DNA of 63,592 nucleotides, filler included, from Octopus bimaculoides (lineage: Eukaryota): assembly GCF_001194135.2 (NCBI RefSeq). It is 5 parts of 5 records of this genome, joined end to end, with 100 filler letters (N's around TTAATTAATTAA, not from the genome) between each part and the next. Parts side by side here need not be neighbours in the genome. Positions count along the whole stretch, not along the records: positions 53,093 to 59,738 come from NC_068981.1; positions 59,839 to 63,592 come from NW_026357280.1; 3 more parts are not named here. The stretch is one strand, 5' to 3'. Of this stretch, positions 53,301 through 63,592 are shown piece by piece. Position numbers and translations under genes: made by a program. How positions within the stretch are numbered: position 1 is the stretch's first letter; the number at the start of each line of letters is the position of its first letter. Under the pieces are notes generated by a model. That model was not told the origin of the DNA. It did no database searches and saw nothing but the letters and a program-made list of their open reading frames with translations.

Positions 53301-55365
53301 TGGCAGTAGCAGCGGTGGTGGTGCATGTTGTACAGCCTGAGGGTATACAGCTCCACCACATACACCAAGCAACCCTTATGGCACGTTAAATGTAGGTAGC
53401 TGTCGATGGCTGCTATTGCGTTAGTTATTTGCAACAGCTATCACCACTGTTCCTGGTGCAACTGCGTAATGCAGTGGCAACAGCAGTTAGTTAGCATTAG
53501 CGAACAACCATGCTGCCAAACATGCTGCCGCCGCCGCCGCCGCCGCCGACACCATGTCGTCGTCTACGTCGATGATACTGCGATACCAATATTCACGAAT
53601 AATGCACCGAGACTTAAAGTACACGCAACTTAAGTGGTAACATCGACTACTGAATGTAGCGATGGTTGGTAAGTTGCTCGTGCTGGTGGCGGTGGGGGGA
53701 TGGTGGTAGGTGGTGGTGGTGGTGGTGGTACTGGTGATGGNNNNNNNNNNNNNNNNNNNNNNNNNNNNNNNNNNNNNNNNNNNNNNNNNNNNNNNNNNNN
53801 NNNNNNNNNNNNNNNNNNNNNNNNNNNNNNNNNNNNNNNNNNNNNNNNNNNNNNNNNNNNNNNNNNNNNNNNNNNNNNNNNNNNNNNNNNNNNNNNNNNN
53901 NNNNNNNNNNNNNNNNNNNNNNNNNNNNNNNNNNNNNNNNNNNNNNNNNNNNNNNNNNNNNNNNNNNNNNNNNNNNNNNNNNNNNNNNNNNNNNNNNNNN
54001 NNNNNNNNNNNNNNNNNNNNNNNNNNNNNNNNNNNNNNNNNNNNNNNNNNNNNNNNNNNNNNNNNNNNNNNNNNNNNNNNNNNNNNNNNNNNNNNNNNNN
54101 NNNNNNNNNNNNNNNNNNNNNNNNNNNNNNNNNNNNNNNNNNNNNNNNNNNNNNNNNNNNNNNNNNNNNNNNNNNNNNNNNNNNNNNNNNNNNNNNNNNN
54201 NNNNNNNNNNNNNNNNNNNNNNNNNNNNNNNNNNNNNNNNNNNNNNNNNNNNNNNNNNNNNNNNNNNNNNNNNNNNNNNNNNNNNNNNNNNNNNNNNNNN
54301 NNNNNNNNNNNNNNNNNNNNNNNNNNNNNNNNNNNNNNNNNNNNNNNNNNNNNNNNNNNNNNNNNNNNNNNNNNNNNNNNNNNNNNNNNNNNNNNNNNNN
54401 NNNNNNNNNNNNNNNNNNNNNNNNNNNNNNNNNNNNNNNNNNNNNNNNNNNNNNNNNNNNNNNNNNNNNNNNNNNNNNNNNNNNNNNNNNNNNNNNNNNN
54501 NNNNNNNNNNNNNNNNNNNNNNNNNNNNNNTGGTGATGGTGCTGGTGCTAGTGGTGGTGGTAGTGGTGGTGGTGGTGCTTTCGAAGGCGAATGGCGGAGA
54601 CGGAGGCAGAGGAGGAGGTGGAGGAAACAGCAACGGAGGCGGCTGTGTCTGCGACTGTTGTAGCGGTGGTGGTGGTAGTACTGGTGGTAGTGCTGGTGTT
54701 GGTGGTGGTATAGCGGCAGAGCTTTTATAGGATGGTGTGGTAATTGCGCTGATAAGCGCTGCCAAGCAGGGTTGGGCATATGTTCGTATTCGTAAAATAT
54801 CTTAGAAATATGCATGTGTTGGACATAAATAAATGTCTGTACATAGCTTTTATAAATAAATGACTGTGAGTTGTATAATTATACATCACATACGTTCTAC
54901 CACACACACATACACACACACACGGATGTTTGATACATATACATAACATATACATACATGCATACATGTGTGTTGTGTCTGTATCTACATTCCCACAAGT
55001 GTATGTATGTGTGTGGTGTGTATAAGGCTATCTGTCTGGCTATGCAAATATGGTTAGCTAGTTTTAGCTGAAGTACATCTAAGTACACATGCATTTGTAT
55101 CTGTCGAACATTTTTCTATATATTTCTCCCCCCCCTCTCTCTCTCTTGTGTGTGTGTATGTGTATGTGTGTGTGCGTCTATATATGCTATGCATGCAGAT
55201 ATTTATATATATATATACACACATACACATTTATAAGTTGTATTTGAAGTTATATATATATATATATAAACAATTTAACATTCTTCTGAAGAATTACTCA
55301 ATACTTTCTCGGAGAATAGATATTTATCAACTTTTACAAAGAAAAGGTTGAAAGCAACTTCGGCG

Positions 55366-55405
<40 letters not shown>

Positions 55406-55407
55406 GT

Positions 55408-55449
<42 letters not shown>

Positions 55450-56376
55450 CAGAGTAAGCACATAAATGTGAAACAAGGTGGGAAAATAGTACTCGAGTAC
55501 CGGAGGTAGACTAATATGCTTTCTTAACANNNNNNNNNNNNNNNNNNNNNNNNNNNNNNNNNNNNNNNNNNNNNNNNNNNNNNNNNNNNNNNNNNNNNNN
55601 NNNNNNNNNNNNNNNNNNNNNNNNNNNNNNNNNNNNNNNNNNNNNNNNNNNNNNNNNNNNNNNNNNNNNNNNNNNNNNNNNNNNNNNNNNNNNNNNNNNN
55701 NNNNNNNNNNNNNNNNNNNNNNNNNNNNNNNNNNNNNNNNNNNNNNNNNNNNNNNNNNNNNNNNNNNNNNNNNNNNNNNNNNNNNNNNNNNNNNNNNNNN
55801 NNNNNNNNNNNNNNNNNNNNNNNNNNNNNNNNNNNNNNNNNNNNNNNNNNNNNNNNNNNNNNNNNNNNNNNNNNNNNNNNNNNNNNNNNNNNNNNNNNNN
55901 NNNNNNNNNNNNNNNNNNNNNNNNNNNNNNNNNNNNNNNNNNNNNNNNNNNNNNNNNNNNNNNNNNNNNNNNNNNNNNNNNNNNNNNNNNNNNNNNNNNN
56001 NNNNNNNNNNNNNNNNNNNNNNNNNNNNNNNNNNNNNNNNNNNNNNNNNNNNNNNNNNNNNNNNNNNNNNNNNNNNNNNNNNNNNNNNNNNNNNNNNNNN
56101 NNNNNNNNNNNNNNNNNNNNNNNNNNNNNNNNNNNNNNNNNNNNNNNNNNNNNNNNNNNNNNNNNNNNNNNNNNNNNNNNNNNNNNNNNNNNNNNNNNNN
56201 NNNNNNNNNNNNNNNNNNNNNNNNNNNNNNNNNNNNNNNNNNNNNNNNNNNNNNNNNNNNNNNNNNNNNNNNNNNNNNNNNNNNNNNNNNNNNNNNNNNN
56301 NNNNNNNNNNNNNNNNNNNNNNNNNNNNNNNNNNNNNNNNNNNNNNNNNNNNNNNNNNNNNNNNNNCATACACTCA

Positions 56377-57266
56377 CAGGGTGCGATGGGTAAATTGTCA
56401 CTATTTTATATTTTTTATTTTGTGCATGCGTATTGTTTGTTTTTGATTTTGTGGACTACACAGTATAGTAGGGTCAGTTAGAAAGCGTCTGTGAGAGAAA
56501 TAGTACCATGATGCAATTTACTCTGCTAGAAATTTGGAAACGATATGCCGTACTGCTTGGCATTCGCACCGGAAGCTCCAATACAAACATTTCAGTGTGT
56601 TTGGGTGTAAATCTGAGTGTTTGCCATATCCCCAAAACATATGCAGAGAGTGATAAAAATCAAACATCCAATCAACATCATGGTGTTTGGAGCGATCACT
56701 AGTGATAGCAACATTATGCCTCCATTCATTTTCCCACACGGCCCCAGACTCAACACGGAGGCCTACATCAAATGGCTGGATGAGGTTGTGCTGTTCTGGG
56801 TCAAATGATTGGTCGCTGGAAGACATATGTCTGGTAACAGGACTTTGCACCATACAAAACAAGCAGGAGAACCCAGTCATGGCTGCCAGGCATTTTCTGC
56901 GACCATATTACCCCTAACATCTGGCCACTTAATTCTCCAGACTGCAACCTCCTTGATTGTTATGTGTTGGGTGCAGTTGAACGAGAGATAAACAAAACTC
57001 TTTGTAACACCGAAGATGAACTAAAGGCAAGGACTATTGCAGCATTCACCAACTTAAACAAGGAGACCGTCCAGAAAAGTTACAAGAGATTCCGAAGTCG
57101 TCTGAAGGCCATGGTTGAAGCCAATGGCGATTTTGTAGAATAAATTTACTCTTTAGTATTTCAAGATATTTTAATGTAATTTTGGTAAATATATCTGTTA
57201 AAATGAGATGTCGGTATTATTTTCATTTTTGCGTAATTTAGACGGCATTTTATTCACCGCACCTTG
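56377..57266 (+). mobile_element. Tc1/mariner (maT/DD37D-like) relic, internally deleted transposase
   Basis: TIRs cagggtgcgatggg... / ...caccgcaccttg; peptides QFTLLEIWKRYAVLLGIR, KHPINIMVFGAITSD..MPPFIFPHG.RLNTEAYIK, SPDCNLLD, RFRSRLKAMVEANGDFVE*. Confidence 0.88.
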
Positions 57267-57282
57267 TGCATATATATATCTT

Positions 57283-57682
57283 TTATCTTTTACTTGTTTC
57301 AGACATTGGCCATGCTGGGGCACCTCCTTGAAGAATTTTTAGTCGAATGTATCGCCCCCAGTACTTATTTTTTTAAAATCTTGTAGTTATTCTATCGGTG
57401 TCTTTTGCCAAACCGCTAAGTTACGGAGACGCAAATACACCAACACCGGTTGTCAAGCCGTGACAGGGCTAAACGGAGACATAAAGACACACACAGATAT
57501 AAATGTATATATGCAGATATATGACGGGCTTCTTTCAGTTTCCGTCTACCAAATCTACTCACAAGGATTTGGTTCGCCCGAGGCTATAGAAGAAGACACC
57601 TGCACAAGGTGCCACACTTTGGGACTGAACCCAGAACCATGTGGTTGGGAAGCAAGCTTCATACCACGCATCCACGACTGCG
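57283..57682 (-). mobile_element. SINE family A, full length, diverged
   Basis: Tail-to-head match. Confidence 0.85.
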
Positions 57683-58573
57683 CATGTGCGTGTGTGTGTA
57701 TGTGTGTCTGTCTGTGTCTGTGTGTTTGTGTGTAATACATGTAATATTACGTCTGATGACGCAATATGATAGGTTTTGAGGATGACTTGCTCCCTAAACT
57801 CCTACTTGAACTGCAACAGAAATGCAGGGATATTACAGCTGATTAATAAGGCCGAGCTACAGACAATGTTTCATACAAGCTGGTACATGTATATAGTAGA
57901 ATAAAGATACGAACAGACAGACAAACAAACAACTGCTACCAGATCACATTATGACACTTACATTATCTATACATCGAGAAAACTTGAGGGTCGAAATGAA
58001 TGTTATAGGGGTTTATATAACAAGAAATCAATGAAATGTCAGTTGCGGAATATTCAAAATGGCTGTGATAAATGCTGGTATACAAGAGTTAGGACTTTGG
58101 TAGGAAATAAAGGAGTGGACTTCTCCCACTACTAATAAATATATCGTAAATTCACTTTTCCTCTGACAATGTAGGAAAAGATTGCCACTAAAATTCTGTC
58201 TTCGGATTGCTTGCAGGCAAATTACATCATCTGCACATCTATTCCTGAAACAGCTGTCAGGTTCTACCTGCGCATCTTCTTTCTTCTTCTCATCCAGCTT
58301 TGGATTCTTTTCACGATGACCAGCTCTACCCATTATCTGGTATCAATATAGGAACTTGCTTTATAACTATTCCGAGAGAATATCATCATACATCACAGCC
58401 ATTATGAACATTCTTCAATCGATTTGTCATTGACTTCTTGTGATCTAATCACATGGGGTGCTCATTTCTAGTCTCCAGTTATATCAGTGTATAAATACAT
58501 AACAGTCCTAATCTGACATACCAGATGCTTGCCTGTTCGTACCTTAATTAATTTTACACACATGCATACACAC

Positions 58574-58646
<73 letters not shown>

Positions 58647-58729
58647 CACATTCACATACATACACACACTACTTATACATATATGTATATGAATGTGTGT
58701 GTGTATATATATATGTATATACACACACA

Positions 58730-58824
<95 letters not shown>

Positions 58825-58854
58825 GTATATATATACATATATAAATAGAGACAT

Positions 58855-59037
58855 TGTTCAATTCCATATTTAAGAGATGAGGAATTACGTACATTATTTA
58901 CATTATGTACATTATTTACATTTGACGAATATTTGTCCTCATCTTGTTTGTTGTTAACACAACGTTTCGGCTGATATACTCTCCAGCCTTCATCAGGTGT
59001 CTTAGGGGAAATTTCGAATCTGGGTTCTCATTCCAAG

Positions 59038-59040
<3 letters not shown>
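58855..59040 (-). mobile_element. Second copy of the hammerhead element of 1364-1589, lacking the tRNA head; motif at 58956-59001
   Basis: Reverse complement ccttggaatgagaacccagattcgaaatttcccc.aagacacCTGATGAaggctg...cagccGAAAcgttgtgtt. Confidence 0.85.

Positions 59041-59123
<83 letters not shown>
59039..59123. repeat. (TAA)n microsatellite, about 28 units
   Basis: Direct reading. Confidence 0.95.
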
Positions 59124-59738
59124 GCCTTTGCACAGCTTCTAACGCTGGAGTTGCACTACGGTGTCAGCTGTTCACTACCAGTGAACTAAGGTAACACCTC
59201 TTATTTTCCGAGCACCTTCGAAGTATTCGAGCAGTTCCAAGCAGTGCTGTTTTCTGCAAGTGCTCCACTCTTATTGCAGCCCCTATTTGTTCCATGTACT
59301 TCTCTAGATTTTTGCTCACTGTTCCCAGGGCTCCAACAATTATTGGTACTACTGCTACCTTTTTCATCGACCACAACTGCTTTACCTCTTAAGCTAACCT
59401 GTCATATCTATTGACTTTTCTTTCTTCCTTATCGCATACCTTGTTGTCTGCTGGGCATGCTATATCTATGATCCAGCATAGTTTACTTTGTTTCTCAATT
59501 AAGACTATGTCTGGCTTCCTATTCTCTATCTCATGAATCATAAAATCCCACAGAATCGTCGTATTTCCATTTTCGATGATGCTTTCGGTTTTATGGTCGT
59601 ACCATTTTTTTTTTCTCTGTCAAGTCCATACTTGTTGCAAAGTGTCCAGTGAACAAGCCTTGCTATATTGTCGTGGTGTCTCATATTCTTTCTCGGCTAG
59701 TGGCGTACATTGGCTGGTAATATGCCATACGGTTTCAC
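59124..59738 (-). mobile_element. R4/Dong-clade non-LTR retrotransposon 3' end (CCHC knuckle tail and restriction-like endonuclease)
   Basis: ETVWHITSQC..LAEKEY/HDNIARLVHW, ILWDF, RKPDIVLIEK...IIDIACP.D...KEERK, VPIIVGALG...LQKTALLGTARIL; runs into (TAA)n. Confidence 0.88.
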
Positions 59739-59849
59739 NNNNNNNNNNNNNNNNNNNNNNNNNNNNNNNNNNNNNNNNNNNNTTAATTAATTAANNNNNN
59801 NNNNNNNNNNNNNNNNNNNNNNNNNNNNNNNNNNNNNNTGTGTGTGTGT

Positions 59850-60085
59850 GTGTGTGTGTGTATGTGTGTATATGTATGTGTGTCTGTGTCTGTCCCCCCA
59901 GCATCGCTTGACAATCGATGCTGGTGTGTTTACGTCCCAGTAACTTAACGGTTCGGCAAGAGAGACCGATAGAATAAGTACTAGGCTTACAAAGAATAAG
60001 TCCTGGGGTCGATTTGTTTGACCAAAGGCGGTGCTCCAGCATGGCCGCAGTCAAATGACTGAAACAAGTAAAAGAATAAAAGAAA
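59850..60085 (+). mobile_element. SINE family A 3' half
   Basis: Near-consensus tail. Confidence 0.88.
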
Positions 60086-60124
60086 ACAAAATAATATATA
60101 CATATATACATACATATATATTCT

Positions 60125-60377
60125 CTTAGTTGTTGCAGTCATTTGACTGCGGTCATGCTGTAGTACCGCCTTTAATGGAGCAAACAGACCCCAGAGCTTT
60201 GTAAGCCTAGTAATTATTATATCGGTATTATTTGCCGAAACGTTAAGTTACGTAGACGTAAACACACCAGCATCGGTTGTCAAGCGATGTTTGGGGGGGG
60301 GGGCAAACATAGACACACAAACATATACACACACATTCACATACATACACCCACACACCCACACTCACACACACACA

Positions 60378-60457
<80 letters not shown>

Positions 60458-60606
60458 CATATACGACGGGTTTCTTCCAGTCACAAGGCTTTGGTCGGCC
60501 GGAGGCTATGGTAGAACACAGTTGCCCAAGGTGCCACGCAGTGGGACTGAACCCAGGATCATGTAGTTTGGTAAGCAAGCTACTTGTCACACAGCCACTC
60601 CTGCGC
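60125..60606 (-). mobile_element. SINE family A, full length with internal (CA)n
   Basis: Tail-to-tail with the preceding copy. Confidence 0.88.
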
Positions 60607-60607
60607 C

Positions 60608-60670
<63 letters not shown>

Positions 60671-60683
60671 AAGGAATACAAAA

Positions 60684-60930
60684 TAGGGACAAGAAAAAAG
60701 AAAGACGGTTCATTCGGAGTTTTCTTTCGTCAGTCAAGTTCCAGATTATCTTTGCATTTTTGGCTGGTTGTACTTGAGATTGCTCCAATCTGGCCAGCCC
60801 CCAAAGAAAATCTAAGCTAAGAGCACTAGATTCTTTGGAAGAAAGCAGCGAATGTATACGAAAAGAAGGACGGAAGAAAAAAAAGGGAGAAATGGTACAC
60901 AATTACAAATACAAACAACAGGACATTAAC
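60684..60930 (-). repeat. Dispersed repeat family G
   Basis: Shares gaaagaaaactccgaatga...cttgtccc with 5780-5910. Confidence 0.6.
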
Positions 60931-61789
60931 AACAGATGTCTTTCGACTAAAGACGAATTAAATTAAGCTGGCGTGTGTGGAAGTGAAGCCTTGCGGCAGG
61001 GACAGAAGAGATGACAAGCATGGGAAGGAATGTAGATGTTGCACGGATGGTAGTCGAACCAAGAAAGAAAGGTCAGGCTTGGCCGAACACCGTCACGTGG
61101 AAAGAGAGGAGAGAGGTAGAGGCAGAGTGATAGAAGAATTGGGGACGAGAAAATAGAAAAGGGACAGAGTGAAGTGAAAGAGTTGGGAAGGTGAGAATGT
61201 AGAGAAAGCCAGGAAACGTGAGCGAGGGAGAACGAAAGAAAGAAGGGAGGAAAGAAGGAAGTAAGCATGAAGGGGCTGAAAGAAAGAAAGAAAGAATGAA
61301 AGAAAGAATAAGAGAGTCGTACGAAATTTAGATAGATAGATATATATATGTACTTAGCAAGAAATCTAAACAAACGTTATATATAAGCGAGCACCCGCTC
61401 TCTGTAAATTATATGGTTGGATATTCTTGGCGTTGTTTTCCCTGCATTTATCCGTAAATGAACATTTAATGTGCGTTGTAGACGTGCTTCTCGGACTAAA
61501 GATATGTTTCTACATTTTTATGGGTTAAAGTAACATTAAGAAGGCGACGGGTGAGTCGAACAAAGAGACGAACAAAGGCTGGAGACAAAAGGAGTTCCGT
61601 GTAATATCTGCAATCGTAAACGTTTAGATTACAATTTATTATAATACAAGCCCTGATGTTTAGTAAATGGCCGTGATTTATCGCTGCAATATACTATACC
61701 CAATGTCGTATTTACCATTGATAATTTTCATGTAGAGAAAGCGGATTAAGCTCGCTTACAATTAATGTTGCTGTTGATCTGACGTAAGC

Positions 61790-62635
61790 CCGGCCTGTGA
61801 CCAGCCATCTTTTATTTCGCCATAGTGTATCTTGGAATACATTTCATAATGTATTCTATAGTAGTCGGTAATAGTGGTTGTAGTCATTGTTCTTGTTTAG
61901 CCACAGGTCAGTCCTAATCCAGACAGACTTGTAATCAAAGATGTTCCACCTGTGACCATCCCATCTTTTATTCAGGCATAGTGTATCTAGGACTACATTA
62001 TCTAATGTATAGTATAGGAGTTAGTATTAATGGCTATAGTTGTTGTTGTTGGTGTTGTTTAACCCCAGGTCAGTCCTGGTCCAGACAGACCTATGATCAA
62101 AGACATTCCACCTATGACCATCCCGTATTTTATTCAGGCATAGTGTATCTAGGACTACATTATCTAATTATAGTATAGGAGCTAGCATTAGTAGCTATAG
62201 TTGTTGTTGTTGTGGCTGTTGTTGTTTAACCCCAGGTCAGTCCTGATCCAGACAGACCCATGATCAAAGTTGTTCCACCTGTGACCATCCCATCATATAT
62301 TCAGGCATAGTGCATCTAGGACTACATTATCGAATGTGTAGTAAAGTACATAGTATTAGTCGCTACAGTTGTTGTTGTAGTTTAGCCCCAGGTCAGTCCT
62401 GTTCGAGACAGTTCTTTGATCAATGATGTTCCAGCTGTGATCATCCTATCTTTTATTCAGGCATAGTGTACCTGGGACTACATTATCTTATGTGCAGCAG
62501 TTTGTATTAATGTCTGTTTAGCTCGAAGTCAATCGCGATCCAAAGAGACCGACGATCAAAGAGACTCCAACTGTGACCATCCCAGCTTTCAATCAGACAT
62601 AGTGTATCTAGGACCACATTATCTAATGTATAGAC
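61790..62635. repeat. Tandem array of about 5.3 units, period 136-167 bp
   Basis: catagtg anchors at 61821, 61977, 62139, 62306, 62462, 62598. Confidence 0.9.
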
Positions 62636-62932
62636 TGTTACATCATCAGACATCAATGGAATCTGCGTACTGGTATGCGTGTGAATATGTGCGGTTGTGT
62701 GTGTGTGCGCGGTGCGTATATATGTGTGTGTAAACCGGTAAATATATACATCCGACACGAGGGTATAAACTATTATATAGCTTTATTGATTATCTATACT
62801 TGAGAAACTATGAGCATATGCATTCATGCTAATATACACACCTATATATATAGAGATCTATATATATTTATCGTTATATATGTGTTTGTGTGTGTGTGCA
62901 TATCTATCTATATATATATACATATATATTTA

Positions 62933-62972
<40 letters not shown>

Positions 62973-62997
62973 NNNNNNNNNNNNNNNNNNNNNNNNN

Positions 62998-63037
<40 letters not shown>

Positions 63038-63493
63038 ATATATATATCTACACACATATATATAAACGAACACACGAACACACACAAACATATATATATA
63101 TATATAGACGTGTATATATATATACATATGTATATACATATATATAAATACATCTTTATGCATATGTATTGAGAGGGTTGAGAGATAGTGAGACACAGAG
63201 CTAGCTAGATAGATATGTATATACATCCATCGATGAATACATACATACCTACATATATATATACATACATCCATATATTTATACATATATATATGTATAT
63301 ATGCACACATAGACACATGCATACATACATACATGGATAGATACAGACGTAATCATATTCATATCGGTGGAGAGATCGAAGTGGTTTTGCCGAATATCAC
63401 GTAATCAACTAATGGACTGTCCGAGTAATTGACCTCTTGAACTTTGGCCAAAAAAATGGACTCTAAGGTCAGCAACTTATTGATGAGAGGTGA

Positions 63494-63531
<38 letters not shown>

Positions 63532-63592
63532 GTATATATATATATGTATATATATATATGTATATATATATATGTATATATATATATGTATA

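Noticed and set aside
53554-53640. Kozak-like ATG with peptide containing IMHRDLK (kinase catalytic-loop look-alike)
   Set aside because: 28-aa ORF, no following PxN or other kinase subdomains; consistent with chance
58028-58333. ADDVI motif suggesting an RT relic
   Set aside because: No other RT motifs found around it; unsupported without an HMM search
60690-60740. CTGACGA in repeat family G as a fourth hammerhead
   Set aside because: GAAA is GAAT, stems I and III do not pair, and the 5780 copy has CGGATGA
61790-62635. CRISPR-like repeat-spacer array
   Set aside because: Eukaryotic context; whole units are homologous with no unique spacers; no cas genes

Overview
Eukaryotic, AT-rich, gap-riddled scaffold segment. 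Microsatellite load and SINE families point to a coleoid cephalopod, most likely an Octopus draft assembly (inference). I cannot support any host protein-coding gene; nearly all listed ORFs are microsatellite or N-gap translations. The content is mobile DNA: roughly 35 SINE copies/fragments of about 5 families, a 5'-truncated APE+RT LINE (45.6-48.1 kb), a Penelope-like GIY-YIG relic, two restriction-like-endonuclease (R4/Dong-type) relics, two Tc1/mariner relics, nested MITEs and a ~160-bp tandem array. Most notable: (1) hammerhead-ribozyme motifs of three unrelated sequence families, one fully canonical (48177-48242, minus) in a Penelope pLTR, one downstream of a tRNA-derived Pol III head, and two arranged as outward-reading inverted pairs; (2) a fold-back MITE built around a (CCCTAA)n-(TTAGGG)n palindrome, nested in a hAT MITE with two perfect 8-bp TSDs; (3) a Dong-like element joined through (TAA)n to a hammerhead element; (4) an abrupt CpG and SINE-density change at ~26.3 kb. 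TTAATTAATTAA inside N runs and duplications flanking gaps are assembly artefacts. Repeat boundaries are approximate and all folds and counts were done by hand.
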